A DNA stretch of 64,000 nt from Octopus sinensis (taxonomy: Eukaryota): contig NC_042999.1 in assembly GCF_006345805.1 (NCBI RefSeq), positions 76,880,001 through 76,944,000 on the forward strand, given 5' to 3'. Under the pieces are notes generated by a model, which made no database searches, was not told the origin of the DNA, and saw nothing but the letters and a program-made list of their open reading frames with translations. The position numbers and the translations under genes were made by a program. Below, piece by piece: positions 28,037 through 42,905 of the stretch. Positions within the stretch are counted from its first letter, which is position 1; each line of letters starts with the position of its first letter.

Positions 28037-28652
28037 AAGGCGGCGAGCTGCCAGAAACGTTAGCACGCCGGGCGAAATGCTTAGCAGTATTTCGTCTGCC
28101 GCTACGTTCTGAGTTCAAATTCCGCCAAGGTCGACTTTGCCTTTCGGGGTCGATTAGATAAGTACCAGTTACGCACTGGGGTCGAAATAATCGACTTAAT
28201 CCGTTTGTCTGTCCTCTCTGTGTTTAACCCCTTGTGGGTAGTAAAGAAATAGGTATTTCGTCTGCCGCTACGTTCTGAGTTCAAATTCCGCCGAGATCGA
28301 CTTTGCCTTTCATCCTTTCGGGGTCGATAAATTAAGTACCAGTTACGCAATGGGCCGATATAATCGCCTTAATCCGTTTGTCTGTCTTTGTTTGTCCTCT
28401 CTGTGTTTATCCCCTTGTAGGTAGTAAAGAAATGGGTATTTCGTCTGTTTTTACGTTCTGAGTTCAATTTCCGCCGATGTCGACTTTGCCTTTCATCCTT
28501 TCGGGGTCGATAAATTAAGTACCAGTTACGCACTGGGGTCGATGTAATTGACTTAATCCCTTTGTCTGTCCTTGTTTGTCCCCTCTATGTTTAGTCCCTT
28601 GTGGGCAATAAAGAAATAAAAAAAAACATTAGCACGCCGGGCGAAATGCTTA
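28037..28652 (+). mobile_element. SINE family B with three tandem internal units
   Basis: Head AAGGCGGCGAGCTG..AGAAACGTTAGC; B-box-like GAGTTCAAATTCC. Units start at 28087, 28253 and 28436; a head fragment recurs at ~28625-28652. Confidence 0.9.
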
Positions 28653-28896
28653 CCACCAAAAGTTTGCAAAACATAAAAGCCCAAACCATTCACTTCACGC
28701 CACTAATTACAACTCAAAGAACCCTTCAGCCTGCCCTATGAACAGAAGTAGTCTCATAAGCAACAGTATCTGTTGCAAGGACTTGAACACCAAACACAGC
28801 CACATAAAGGAGAAACCAGAACAAACCAGTAGAAAATATGATGCAACCAACATATGAATACTCGAAACACAAGCACAAAAATGACACTTCACTACG

Positions 28897-28982
<86 letters not shown>

Positions 28983-29321
28983 ACACTAAAGTTTTAAAAT
29001 GTCACACTCAGCATAAACTGAAAAATATTGTACTAAGCAAACAACAAACGCTTCTAACTCTGTACCTCTGACTCCCACCAGTTTCTTTTCTATAAGATTG
29101 AAATACTGAACTGCGACTCTGAGTTAGTCTCTTCTTAGAAGCACCAAATCTTCAAATCTCTAAGACATTTCAAACTCTTCACTGTACCATTCTATCCATC
29201 CACACCCTACAAACACATACTTTCCTTCTAACCTCTTATATTCTCCACTTCTTATACAGCTACTTCTATTTACCTACGCCTCACCTAATTATCATCACAC
29301 TGTTTCACCTGACAAAAAGAG

Positions 29322-29389
29322 AATAATGATGATGATGATGATGATGATGATGACGATGAGGATGAGGATGATGTTGATGATAATAATAA

Positions 29390-29466
<77 letters not shown>

Positions 29467-29467
29467 A
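29322..29467 (+). repeat. (GAT)n(TAA)n(TAG)n compound trinucleotide repeat
   Basis: Direct inspection. Confidence 0.95.
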
Positions 29468-29830
29468 TCTGCCAACGACTATATGAAGCCAAAACGAATC
29501 CAAAGGTCTCATGGAGGTGAGCATGAGGAAACGAAGTCACTGTTAGCTTTTTCCTCGTAAATTTTCATTAATATGAACTTTTTATAGGCTATATAGGAAG
29601 CATCTACACATTTTACAAAATGCTTGAAATAGTGTCCAAATCCCCTACAAATTTTCCCCAAACATCATCCTGCAGTAAAAAAAAAAAACATGCTTTTGAT
29701 ATGTTTCGACTAAAAGACAAATTGATCCTGATTACTTTGATCAAGGTTCAACATTGCCTAAACAACGTCTCACATTTTCGTATCTTTAATTTTCAAGAGG
29801 TTTGCATATATGTTGTGTATGTGTGTATGT

Positions 29831-29871
<41 letters not shown>

Positions 29872-30339
29872 CGTGTGCTATGTTTATGAGTGTGGGTTTA
29901 TGGGTGTGTATTCCTTAGTATCTATTTGAGCGAGCATTTACAAATGTATCAATGCCTTTGGCGTGTGTGCTTCTCACATATTCTTTCTGCGTGTAAAACA
30001 TGTTTAAGTCTCCGACATTGACTGTTCTGACCCAGTTATATATTTTTACTATTCTGTTTTTCACTGTACAGCACTCATTAACCACAATTTTTACGTATGT
30101 TGACCGTCAAGAACACAATGGTTTTGTGAAAAAACAATGTGGTTACATCTATAACAACATTGGATAAGTGTATTATGGCCATGGTGCGACTTCCGGTAAG
30201 GGAAGAAATTGATGTTCGTAAGTATGTTATGCGATGTTTTCTTTTCGTAAGAACAGGGTGGTCTGTTCTTATCTCTATATAAAAGAGCTTTATTATAGCG
30301 ATTCCAGCGATGTGTGAGAAGAGTACATATGTCAGTTTT

Positions 30340-30695
30340 CTGTGTATGTGCGTCTGTGTGTTACGATATGTGTGTGTGTGTATGTTATATGTGTGTTGGC
30401 GTGTGTGTGTGTGTGTATAACACACAGTCATATGCACACATATATGATATATATAGATATATATGTATATGTGTGTGCTTATGTTTTTTGTGCTTTGATG
30501 CTTCATTTGTGTGAAACCGTGTAGTGTGTGTGTGTTTGTGTGTGTGTGCGCGTGTGTGTGTGTGTGTATGTGCGTGTGTGTGTGTGTTTGTGTGTGTTTG
30601 TGTGTGTGTGTGTGCGTGTGTGTGTGTGTGTGCGTGTGTGTGTGTTTGTATGTGTGTGTTTGCATGTGTGCGTGTGTGTGTGTGTGCATGTGTGA
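30340..30695 (+). repeat. (TG)n-rich tract
   Basis: Direct inspection. Confidence 0.9.
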
Positions 30696-31737
30696 AAAGA
30701 GAAAGAGAAGGCGACGCATAAGTACATTTGTGCGTATATGTATAACATTTTGTTTCGCAGTATATATGCATTTCAGTCTCGAGTACCGGCTCTTCTAACA
30801 CTGTATGTGAGTATATGTTAATACATGTGAGCGTAGAATAGCATGTGAAATAGTATAATATTGTTTTGGCTTACGGATATATAGGTATTTGGATTTCTGT
30901 TCCTCTGTAATGTGAGAGCGGGTGCATATGTGTGAGTGTGTGTGCCCACATTTCTACTACTGTAAGTTTTGTACGTGTCAGTATGTGTGCTTGGGAGTAG
31001 ATGTAACCTCATTATTATTGCTGTGTTATCTTTCTATTTAAGACTTTCGCTGTTCAAGGCGCCACCACAATATTTTCCAGCAGTATATAGCACGGCTTTG
31101 TAAATAACAGTTCGTTAAAAATATAGCTATCTCTATCCTGCGGTGAGAAAAATTTGTTTATCGTATTTAACTGAATGCTGATGGGGCTATAACATCAACC
31201 TTACCCCCATATAGTATTTTGCATATATGTATACACATTTATGAATGCATACATATATGCGTACATATATTCATGAATACATATATAACTATATATCTAG
31301 TGCATCATTTTCTATGAAAGAGCTTTGTTTCTGCGTTATAAATTGGCTCTGTCACAACTGGTAAAAAAAAAATTTAGAAATATTAAAGGTATAGAAATCT
31401 CAGGTTAACATAAGAAAATAGCTAAATATATTTCAATTAACTTACAAACTATCTGTCGGCTCACCACCACAGAAGCAGCAAAATTGGTCACGCCGAAAAA
31501 AAACCACGCTCACAGCAACACCAAACAACTAAAAATCATTTCAGGATGACAGCAGTCCTCCGACACACGGACGGACACAAAAAGACACGACCGGCTGGTC
31601 AGAAGATAAAGCAACATCCTTCCCAGATACAAACCGGAAGTGATCCACCACCGACATGCCTCAAAACCAAAACTAAACAATGACATAACAACAAACTTAT
31701 CGGTGAAGATAACAAATAAAATCAGAAGTACATACAT

Positions 31738-32135
31738 AGGCGCAGGAGTGGCTGTGTGGTAAGTAGCTTGCTAACCTACCACATGGTTCCGGGTTCAGTC
31801 CCACTGCGTGGCATCTTGGGCAAGTGTCTTCTGCTATAGCCCCGGGCCGACCAATGCCTTGTGAGTGGATTTGGTAGACGGAAACTGAAAGAAGCCTGTC
31901 GTATATATGTATATATATATACATATGTGTGTGTGTTTGTGTGTCTGTGTTTGTCTCACTAGCATTGCTTGACAACCGATGCTGGTGTGTTTACGTCCCC
32001 GTCACTTAGCGGTTCGGCAAAAGAGACCGATAGAATAAGTACTGGGCTTACAAAGAATAAGTCGATTTACTCGACTAAAGGCGGTGCTCCAGCATGGCCG
32101 CAGTCAAATGACTGAAACAAGTAAAAGAGTAAATA
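31738..32135 (+). mobile_element. SINE family A, full-length
   Basis: tRNA-like head (A-box GTGGCTGTGTGGTAAG, B-box GGTTCAGTCCC), central microsatellite, tail GGTGCTCCAGCATGGCCGCAGTCAAATGACTGAAACAAGTAAAAGA. Confidence 0.9.
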
Positions 32136-32159
32136 CATACATACAAACAAACAAACAAA

Positions 32160-33150
32160 CAAACAAAATCCTGACAATAACTGGGAACTTCCACAGAAAC
32201 AGTGATATTGACAGGCTCTACCTAAGAAGAAATGAAGGTGGTACAGGCCTCTGTGATACCTGCCGTATGGTATCACTCAGGCAGTACCTGCTAAACAACA
32301 ACAGCAAAAATAAATATATTAATGCAGTCCTGAAAAGTGAAGTGAGCAACACTGTACGAGATGGCAAGTGCACTCCTCAAGAAACACTCTCTTCCTAATG
32401 ATCTCCTATGCAGCCCCAAAACAGATGGACTCTCTTACCTCAGAGAAGACCTAGATACAAAGCACTCAGCATACAGGATATGTTGCCCTGAAGCTTGAAG
32501 AAGACAGTAGAATTGACACAAAGCGCAGCCTCTCTTAGACACAAGACCACTACATCACATTGTACTTTGAAGGCTATGCATTTGCAATCCAGGAACAGGA
32601 GATTCCCACAAAATACCTGGTGAACAAGAGAGACAGTGACGCTCTTGTAATCCCAAGGTGCAACCGCTAGTGTAGGCTATGTTATGTTTCTGTGGAAGAC
32701 ATTACGCATATGATTAGCAGCTGTCCTAAAATGTCGTCACGGTACTACCTCCCTATGCGGCACGATGTTGTTGCTAAAATAATTTACAATGCCATCCGCA
32801 AAAAGGACTGTCCTGACATCCATAAACACCAACTCAGGGAATACTGGTGGAATATTCCCATCAAAACTTGTCAAATGTAAGCGTAACAGGCCGAATATTG
32901 CTGTTTGGGACAGAGGGTCAAAGGTGTGTACCATCATAGAGGTTAGCTGCGCTGCAGATATAAATATCTCTTAGAAAATAAAAGAGGATATCTACGGACA
33001 ACTGCTTCGAAACCCCCAGCTTCTATATCCAGAGTATGAATTCATATTCATACCAATAATAACTGGAGCACTAGGTTTCGTTAGTAAATGCTTAAAGGAG
33101 AATCTGGATAAACTGGGATTTTCAAAAAGAAAAACTGACCGGCTGATTGC
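32160..33150 (+). mobile_element. R4/Dong-type (RLE endonuclease) non-LTR retrotransposon relic, 3' half
   Basis: FHRNSDIDRLYLRRNEGGTGL; AIQEQEIPTKY; CCHC knuckle CRLC..EDITHMISSC; RHDVVA; NRPNIAVWD..CTIIEVS (PD-D/E nuclease); IPIITGALG. Confidence 0.9.
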
Positions 33151-33152
33151 TT

Positions 33153-33277
33153 ACATGGTTCTGGTTTCAATCCCACTGCGTGGCACCTTGGGTAAGTGTC
33201 TTCTACTATAGCCTCGGGCCGACCAAAACCTTGTGAGTGGATTTGGTAGACGGAAACAAAACAGAAGGAATCCCGTC

Positions 33278-33325
<48 letters not shown>

Positions 33326-33535
33326 CTGTAGAAATGAGTTGCGACGTCACAGGTGCCAAGCTGTATCGGCCCTTGCCTTTCCCTTGGACAACATCGGTAA
33401 CGTGGAGAGGGGAGGCCGGTATGCATGGGCGACTGCTGGTCTTCCATAAAAAACAACCTTGCCCAGACTTCTGCCTCAGAGGGTAACTGTCTAAGTGCAA
33501 ACCCATGGTCAGTGTCTGACCGAAGGGGGTCACCA

Positions 33536-33617
<82 letters not shown>

Positions 33618-33872
33618 ATGTATGTATGTATGTATGTATGTATGTATGTGTGTGTATATCTTCGTGTGTCTGTGTTTGTTCCTCCAACATCGCTTGACAA
33701 CCGATGCTAGTGTGTTTACGTCCCCATAACTTAGCGGTTCGGCAAAAGAGACCGATAGAATAAGTACTAGCCTTACAAAGAATTAGTCCTGGGGTCGATT
33801 TGCTCGACTAAAGGTGGTGCTCCAGCATAGCCACAGTCAAATGACTGAAACAAGTAAAAGATTAAAAGATTA
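33153..33872 (+). mobile_element. SINE family A with a family D fragment (33325-33532) nested in its central microsatellite
   Basis: Head 33153-33285 and tail 33660-33872 are collinear with the 31738 copy. Confidence 0.85.
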
Positions 33873-33879
33873 AGCAATA

Positions 33880-35100
33880 TATACTGAACGCAGAAATGCT
33901 GGTGATGGCAATTTTATTCGTAAAATAAGTAATACTTATCATGTGCAGACAAACAAATATGATATATTTCTCCCGACAAAAATTACAAAATGAAATAGAA
34001 ACAAATTTCGAAGAGACTAAGCTGAATACAAATTGATTATCCTCAAAGAGGAATTAAAAGCTGTGAGTGGGAAATTCTTTCATTGGAAAAAACTAACTCA
34101 AAGGCAAATAATAAACAAGGAATTCAGTCGAAATTAATAAGGTGCCTGAGGGAGATAAGGTGATGGTTAAAAGTCAGGAAAATACGGATTCATTATGGAT
34201 GTAAATATGGATTACGGCAAAGGAGTTTAACTACGATACAATGTGATTGAGCCTACATTTCACAGAAGAATACAATGTGTAATTTCACAGACAGAATACA
34301 TTGTATAAACGGTGATATTTTCGAGACTAAGAAAGAAAGCAATTCAACATAGGAAAGCACAAGGGAGACTCTAACTTATTGTCAGCTGCCAGTACAAAAA
34401 CCTTTCAAGGAAGTGTAAATATCGTTTCACTGGCAAAAACGAATCTAATGTCGTTACAAATTTTGGCACACGGCCAGAAAATTTGGGGGAGTAAGTAAGT
34501 CGATAACATCGACCCTAGTGTTCAACTAGTACTTATTTCATCGACCTCGAAGGGGATGAAAGGTAAAGTCGACCTCGACGGAATTTGAACTCAGAACGTA
34601 AAGACGGACGAAATGCCGCTAAGCATTTTGCCTGGCGTTGCTAACTACTTTGCCAGCTCGAAACAACAAATTTAATATTAAAAGCAAAACCACTCAAAAG
34701 AAATTGAAGATGTGCTGAACAACTTGTAATCAACAAATGTGTGATGACAGAGGCGCGGTAGCATAGAATCTTTATAGTTTGACTGGATTACAAGAAAGCA
34801 TTGTGGATGCCAGAAGTCTTTCCACTTGCTTAACTTTCAGAAACTACAATCTGTCAAACTTCCATAATTCAACATATAACCAAAACTTCCTAAAGGTGAG
34901 AATATACCAGTAATTTCTAATACGTTATCAAAATTGCTTCATGAATCATTCAGGGCTATAAGTTATCACTACGGTTATTTTTCTTCTCATTAAACCCGTT
35001 ATTGCGCCTATATACAAAAGTTGGTGTTTACACAAATACATATTCTGAATCCACAAATATCTGCTACCTTTTCTTTGTTGACGACCTGGAATTACATGAG
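33880..35100 (+). mobile_element. Highly decayed RT relic, probably RLE-type LINE; SINE B inserted at 34460-34660(-)
   Basis: YLFFVDDLELH at ~35066-35098 (HLLF/YMDDLKLY-like); LDYKKA-like at ~34784. Confidence 0.45.
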
Positions 35101-37565
35101 CCAACTATTTACTGATTAAATTGATCTTTAAATTTATTTACGGTTAACCCAAAATAAACTTTGGATAGTGCTTTATCAGCTGTAAATATTTTTACACAAT
35201 AAACTATCGATTTCGAAAGACATGGATTATTTAATGGACTATTTACGTGATTAAGACAGTTACATGAGTGTTGAGTATGAGCTGTAGAAAGTTATTTAAG
35301 ATGTTTACTATTGTTGCATACAATTTCTGTTTCAAAGTCATGTGTGCAGCTGAAGTTAAATTTAACATTAATTCTATTAAAAATGCTATTATGTTTACTC
35401 TTCTACGGAAAGTATTTATCTTGTAAGTAAAAGTGATACTTAGCGATACGTAAACCTATATTGCGACTGAGTGAAGCATTGAACCAATTGATTTTACATT
35501 TCTCTTTATTTTTACATCTTAGAAACTTCATACAATCAGTACAACGTGTCTAAAATATGCTATTATCTATTTTGCTTCATTGTATAATGCGGTTATTCTA
35601 CTGAACAAAGAGTTATCGTATAAGTGTATACTTAAATTTTTTTACTAAACTATTATGAAAAGCTGGCGATTTAAGGATGTGGGTATTGTAAGTTTTCACA
35701 TGAATTCTTAGATGATAAGATTTAACGTTGTATTTAAAACAAAATAACTGTATATAAATTTTGTTTCAACCATGTTGAAGTCTAAGAGATCTTGTTTCAA
35801 TATCTAATCGTTGAACATTTAAATTTTGTGAGGTGATTAGTCTATCTCGATCTAGGCCGCATTTTAAACTTAACCTATTGTTTAAAAGACATAAATGTGT
35901 AAACCAAATCTCTGCAGAATCTAGGCCACCCAGTGCTACATACCAAAAATATGAGTCATCGAAACAAGTAATGATTTTCTTACGTACATAATTATTTTCA
36001 TATATGAAGGTTACAACTTTGTATTTTTATACACGGTAAACCACAAAACCCATTGTACAAGTACATTTAACTATACTATTTGATGTTGTCAGAATGATAT
36101 TTCATGATGCTATTGTCGTTCACTCGCTTTTATTTTTGATACATGAAGACAACAATAACGCATATCAGAAGAAATATTTTAATTTTTTAGATGATGGATG
36201 ATTACTGAACGCAAACCGTATAGTTTTCAGGCGTTAGTTTAACAGAAAATAATTTTATTTGTTCAGATGTGTTGGAATGGAATGAAAGTTGTAACATGTA
36301 CGGAATGGTATTGTTACAACTACTATCCCTTTAATAATTAATATCACTAATTGTTCTTTTCTTGGAACCATTAATATCAGCTTTAGAAAAGAATTCAATA
36401 CACATAGAGAGAATTTTGATTTTGGATTGTGCAGATAATTTACAGTATCTAGAAAAAAATAAAAAAACATTTCTAAAATATATGTGGTAGGTGTGCATGT
36501 ATTTCAGTTGTTAAGAGGGTTAGAATATGAAGATACTAGAACATATAAAAAGAGAGGTGAAATTAACGGGGAAATGTAAAATGAGAAGGAGATAACTTGT
36601 ATAAGTGAGGATGAGAAGAATTGAAAACGGTTTACAAATCGTTTAGAATTTTTTAAAATCAACTAGTTTATTTCTGCATATGAACTTATGTACGAGTGAT
36701 TTCATCATATAGTATGTTCAAAGGGAGGTAATTGGAAGGAAAATATATAACATAAGAACTGGGGAAATGTCTGATATCGACAGGGAATGTAAGTGGATAA
36801 TGTTAAATGTTAAAAGTTGTTGAAATACGGTTAATGGAAGTATACATATTTACTAGTGTCCATTAACATTTAAGCTATGGAAGGGTTAGGAAAATTAAAA
36901 TCATTGTAAGTAGGTAAATCGGTGAGGTTAGAAATCATGTAAGATTTTCAGTAGTAGTGTAATGAAGGTTACATAAGTTGTGATATGGAGAAGTTATTAT
37001 TACTATCTCACAATGACAAATTCAGAACGATAAACGGAGATGTTGTTAAATACAAAATGCGATGTTTTTTTTTAATGTTGTTGTTGTTTTTTTGGGGGTG
37101 GGGCGTCTTTTTGTATAGAAACCAATAAGTGTTACACACACGAAATAATTACGGAATATAAGCTACGCATGCATAAATATGGTTCAAGAAGCCAATAGGT
37201 TAATAAACTTAAATTCCTAGTCAACTTGAACTTTACAATGTGCACAAATATAAACGTTTGTATATGTGTGTTATAGGTATGTATGTATATGTGCGTATAT
37301 ATCAGAGACAACATATGAGATCGAGAAAATCTCAATACAGAGAACATCTGCAGCGCTCAAATGATTTCGAACTTACACTCCAAAATTTTCACTGGGGACC
37401 AAGTGAGCAGGATAAAGAGTAGCTATAAAGGGAATCCAAGTTAGCAGATATGGAGACAATTCAAGTAAACAGATTAAATCATGGTTTTAATGTACAAAAT
37501 ATATATACATGTATACGTGCAAAAAAGAGAAGGTAGACTCAAAATTTTTTATGGTAAGCAATCAA

Positions 37566-37599
<34 letters not shown>

Positions 37600-37945
37600 C
37601 ATGGAAAAATGCGAGCATGAAAAGTGATATTCTTAAGATTATAAACCTGGAAAAGTACAGGACAAGTTATTACTTCTAGTAAAGGAAAGAATAAGAAAGT
37701 TTTTACTTAAAATATTGCAATAAAGAATGCCAGTTCTTATTTATCACACTTTACAGTTCTCATCTTTTAAATTTATTGTACAAAACTGTTCAGCTAATTT
37801 GGAAGCTTGTCTAATTAGTCACTTTTTTCTGTATTTAAGGTAGTAAATTAGCCAAATTCTACTTAAATAAGTATAGTGTTATTTGTAAACTATAATAAAA
37901 TAAGTTTTAATATTGAAATTTTAATTTTAGCTACAATATTTTAAG

Positions 37946-38013
<68 letters not shown>

Positions 38014-38039
38014 GAGAGAGAGATGAGTGTATTTTTACC

Positions 38040-38442
38040 TTACTCTTTTACTCTTTTACTAGTTTCAGTCATTTGACTGCGGCTATGCTGGAGTACCACC
38101 TTTAGTCGAGCAAATCGACCCCGGGACTTATTCTTTGTAAGCCCAGTACTTATTCTATCGGTCTCTTTTGCCGAACCGCTAAGTGACGGGGACGTAAACA
38201 CACCAGCATCGGTTGTCAAGCAATGCTAGGGGGACAAACACAGACACACAAACATATATACACACACTTATATATATATACATATATACGACAGGCTTCT
38301 TTCAGTTTCCGTCTACCAAATCCACTCACAAGGCATTGGTCGGCCCGGGGCTATAGCAGAAGACACTTGCCCAAGATGCCACGCAGTGGGACTGAACCCG
38401 GAACCATGTGGCTGGTTAGCAAGCTACTTACCACACAGCCAC
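38040..38442 (-). mobile_element. SINE family A, near full-length
   Basis: Near-identical reverse complement of 31738-32135. Confidence 0.9.
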
Positions 38443-38594
38443 TGGAAAAAAAAATAGTTACCAGGGCAGCAGTTTAATTAATTTATTCTTTCGAATAGTA
38501 TCAGTGGAATTTTCGAAACATGTTTCGAAAGTAAAAATATTTGATTACACCTGCGTTAAACTCTATTTATTTATTCATATATATATATATGTGT

Positions 38595-39815
<1,221 letters not shown>

Positions 39816-39835
39816 AAGAATATATATATATATAT

Positions 39836-40135
39836 ATAAGGTTAATCCAAACGGGAAAACAGAAAAAACAACAACACGTGGAACAATTAAAGTATTATTA
39901 TTAGGCGCTCAGGAAAATGGGAAGAAGGAGGGTATGACGTTTCGAGCGGAGCTCTTCGTCGGAAACATAAGAGAAAGAAGAAAGAAAGATCCCGAGGTGG
40001 GCGAACGGAGGGAAAAAAACGCGACTGGTTTTTACGAAGTAAACATGCTGAAAAGCCGGAAGTTTTGGATAACAGGGGCTGGTTTTTAAAGACAAAAGAG
40101 CGGAAAAAAGGAAGGTTGGTAACAACTCGATGAAT
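39836..40135 (-). mobile_element. Hammerhead-bearing repeat, copy 2 (core mutated to CCGACGA)
   Basis: 39932-39966 minus: GTTT-CCGACGA-A-GAGC-TCC-GCTC-GAAAC-GTC-ATAC. Confidence 0.65.
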
Positions 40136-40253
40136 GGGATATATATACATATACATATATACATATACATATATATACATATACATATATATACATATAC
40201 ATATACATATATATATATATACATATACATATACACATACATACACACACACA

Positions 40254-40306
<53 letters not shown>

Positions 40307-40339
40307 TATAGAGCAAACTTACTTAGACACTTATCTATC

Positions 40340-40470
40340 CACTCTGATGAAGGAGGCTGTGGAGTTTACCAATGTTCGTTTGCTTCTTTTACTGGATGTA
40401 AATTTTGGGACAGCTACATCTGCCAACATTATGAAGTAACAATGAGCCCTCAGAAACAGCTGTCGGAATT
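40340..40470 (+). ncRNA. Degenerate hammerhead motif with long stem II insert
   Basis: CTGATGA(40344)-AGGAGGCT...AGCCCTCA-GAAAC-AGCT-GTC(40464); stem I poor. Confidence 0.5.
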
Positions 40471-40530
40471 GTAAGGCCCTTCTTCCCTCTAATTCTTTGA
40501 GTCAAGGTAATTTGAGTAAGTTTGCTCTTT

Positions 40531-40579
<49 letters not shown>

Positions 40580-40635
40580 TTGATTGTTTATCACCCGAAA
40601 ATTTTGAGTCTGCTTTCTCTTTTTGCACGTATATA

Positions 40636-41141
40636 CCGTAAATCCTCGAGTATAGACCGCTCTTGAGTATAATACGCAGGGGATTTTTAGGGGGCTGTAC
40701 TTCTGAAAGACCTTAACCTTGTGTATAATACGTACCCATTCTCCACCTTGAGTCGCGCGTAATTAAGCCAGCAGCACCTAGTCGAACAAGCACTTCAGCG
40801 CATGCGTAATACAATAACGGTGATGTTCTTAATTGTTATATGGGAATATAAATATGTTTTCAAATTGTTTTTGTTACATATTATTCTGTGTTCTGAATAC
40901 TTTTATTTTAATAAATGTTGCTTAATGCAAGTTATGGATGATTCTTTTATGACTTCATTGTATTTATTTTCGCACCCGACATCACAAAATGCGTCTGAAT
41001 AAACATTGCCGGACAGCAAATAAAGACTCGGACATTTCTTAGAAAATATTTTCCATTTTCAACCTCGTATATAGTACGCACTAGGGATTTTGACCTTTAA
41101 ATTTTGGGAAAAAAATGCAGATTATACTAGAGGATTTGCAG
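40636..41141. mobile_element. Tc2/pogo-like MITE
   Basis: TIRs CCGTAAATCCTCGAGTATA / TATACTAGAGGATTTGCAG; TA flanks; subterminal repeats of GTATAATACG. Confidence 0.8.
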
Positions 41142-41298
41142 TATGTATACATTTTGTAAATTAAAACCAAGATTTTATCTGTTTATTTGAATCATTGTAT
41201 ATATAAAGTATGTATGTATGTATATATGAATGTATGTATGTATGTATGCATGTATGGATGTATGCATGTATGCATGTATGTATGTATGCATACATGTA

Positions 41299-41500
41299 CA
41301 AGGGATGTTGTAAAGTTCCTGGCTTTAAGGTATCGCGAAAGGCTTGGTTGGAGGCCCAACCTCCCGAGTTCTTTTACAGGGCTTAGAAAAACTAAAGGAC
41401 CGTTGCAATAAGTGTGTGAATCTCAAAAGGAGAATATGTTGAATAAAATAATAATTAACTGATCCCACTGTTCTTTCTTTTACCAAAAGCCAGGAACTTT
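41299..41500 (+). mobile_element. Mariner-derived MITE
   Basis: TIR core AAAGTTCCTGGCTTT / AAAGCCAGGAACTTT; transposase C-terminus GLEKLKDRCNKCVNL..EYVE*; second copy at 62839-62998. Confidence 0.8.
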
Positions 41501-42402
41501 TTCTTTGAGTTTTATTTAAGTTCTTGAGAGAGTTCAAGCCGGTCGCTAACAAAGTGACAAGATTTTTTGAGTTAAGAAAGTTCCCGGTATTTGTAAATAT
41601 GTAGTTGAGTTAGTGTGTTGTTTGAACTGTCAATGTCGACAATCATATAACAAATGTCTTCATCTTTTGGTTGTATAAACACATGTCAGTACACAATCCC
41701 CATAATCATGATCCTGCACTACCTTTAACCGAGAGGAGACATTTATTAATTTGTTGTGGTAAAAACTGCAAATTATTATCTAATTTAAAAAGTCATCTTT
41801 GCAGCTCATTAACGAGAAACGAATATGCATTACTACGCTGATTTCTATCATTTATATTCACAAACACGTACGCACGCACGCACACACACACACACACACA
41901 CACATACACACACAGACACACACAGACACACATACACACACACACACGTGCATAAGTTGGTAGCGTCGTTAGAGCATCGAACAGAATGCCTTGCATTATT
42001 CATCCCAGTTCTCTGCACGCTGAATTTAAATTCTGTCGTGATCAGCTTTACCACTCATAGCCTCTGTCTAGAGAATTTACTCACAAGGCATTGGCACAGC
42101 GGGACTGAACCTAAAACTACGCAGTTGCAAAGCGAGATTTTTAACCAGGCAACTATGCCTGTGCCTATCGCCATTTAACCACACAACCATGCAAATACAG
42201 GTGTTGGACAAAATAATAGAAACACCACTTTTTATTCAATTATTTCTTCTATTATCAATATGACAAATTCAGAACTGTTCTAATTTGTATATATGTGTTT
42301 GTATGGATTATGTATGACTTGTACTTCGTGAAATAGCCCTCTGTTTGGGGGAGGGGGGTTTACTTTTTTTTACTTCTTGCAGATATTGATATTAAATAAG
42401 TT

Positions 42403-42595
42403 AAGGCGGCAAACTGGCAGAATCGTTAGCACGCTTAGCGGCATTTCACCCGTCTTTACTTTGTCAGTTCAAGTTTCGTCGGGGTCGACTGCCTTTCATC
42501 CTTTTGGGGTCGATAAAGGAAGTGTCATAGGGGTCGATGTAATCGATTTACCCCTCTCTCGAAATTGCTGACCTGGTGCCAAAACTTGAAACCAA
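42403..42595 (+). mobile_element. SINE family B nested in Tc1
   Basis: AAGGCGGCAAACTGGCAGAATCGTTAGC...GCCTTTCATCCTTTTGGGGTCGAT. Confidence 0.8.
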
Positions 42596-42610
42596 TATTT
42601 AAATAAGTTG

Positions 42611-42905
42611 TGGAGGCACAATGACCCAGTGGTTAGGGCAGCGGACTTGCGGTCGTAGGATCGCGGTTTCGATTTCCAAACCGGGCGTTGTGAGTGTTTA
42701 TTGAGCGAAAACACCTAAAGCTCCACGAGGCTCCGGCAGGGGGTGGTGACGAACCCTGCTGTACTCTTTTTCTCACTCTTTCTTCTGTTGGCCTGCTCGC
42801 TTAGCCAGCAGGGTGGCGTCACTTGATGGCTAAAACAATGCGAAACGCATTGTGACCAGCGATGTGTAGCAACATCTGATAGCCTGGTAGGTAACATGAT
42901 CACGT
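42611..42905 (+). mobile_element. SINE family C (tRNA-derived) with 15-bp TSD
   Basis: Head GGAGGCACAATGACCCAGTGGTTAGGGCAGCGGACTTGCGG...GGTTTCGATTTCC; TSD TATTTAAATAAGTTG at 42596-42610 and 42906-42920. Confidence 0.9.

Noticed and set aside
28087-28620. Regular repeats resembling a CRISPR array
   Set aside because: Whole ~180-bp units repeat with no unique spacers; eukaryotic SINE; no cas genes.
42611-42685. tRNA gene
   Set aside because: The tRNA-like head continues into a SINE body bounded by a TSD; the acceptor stem is not intact.
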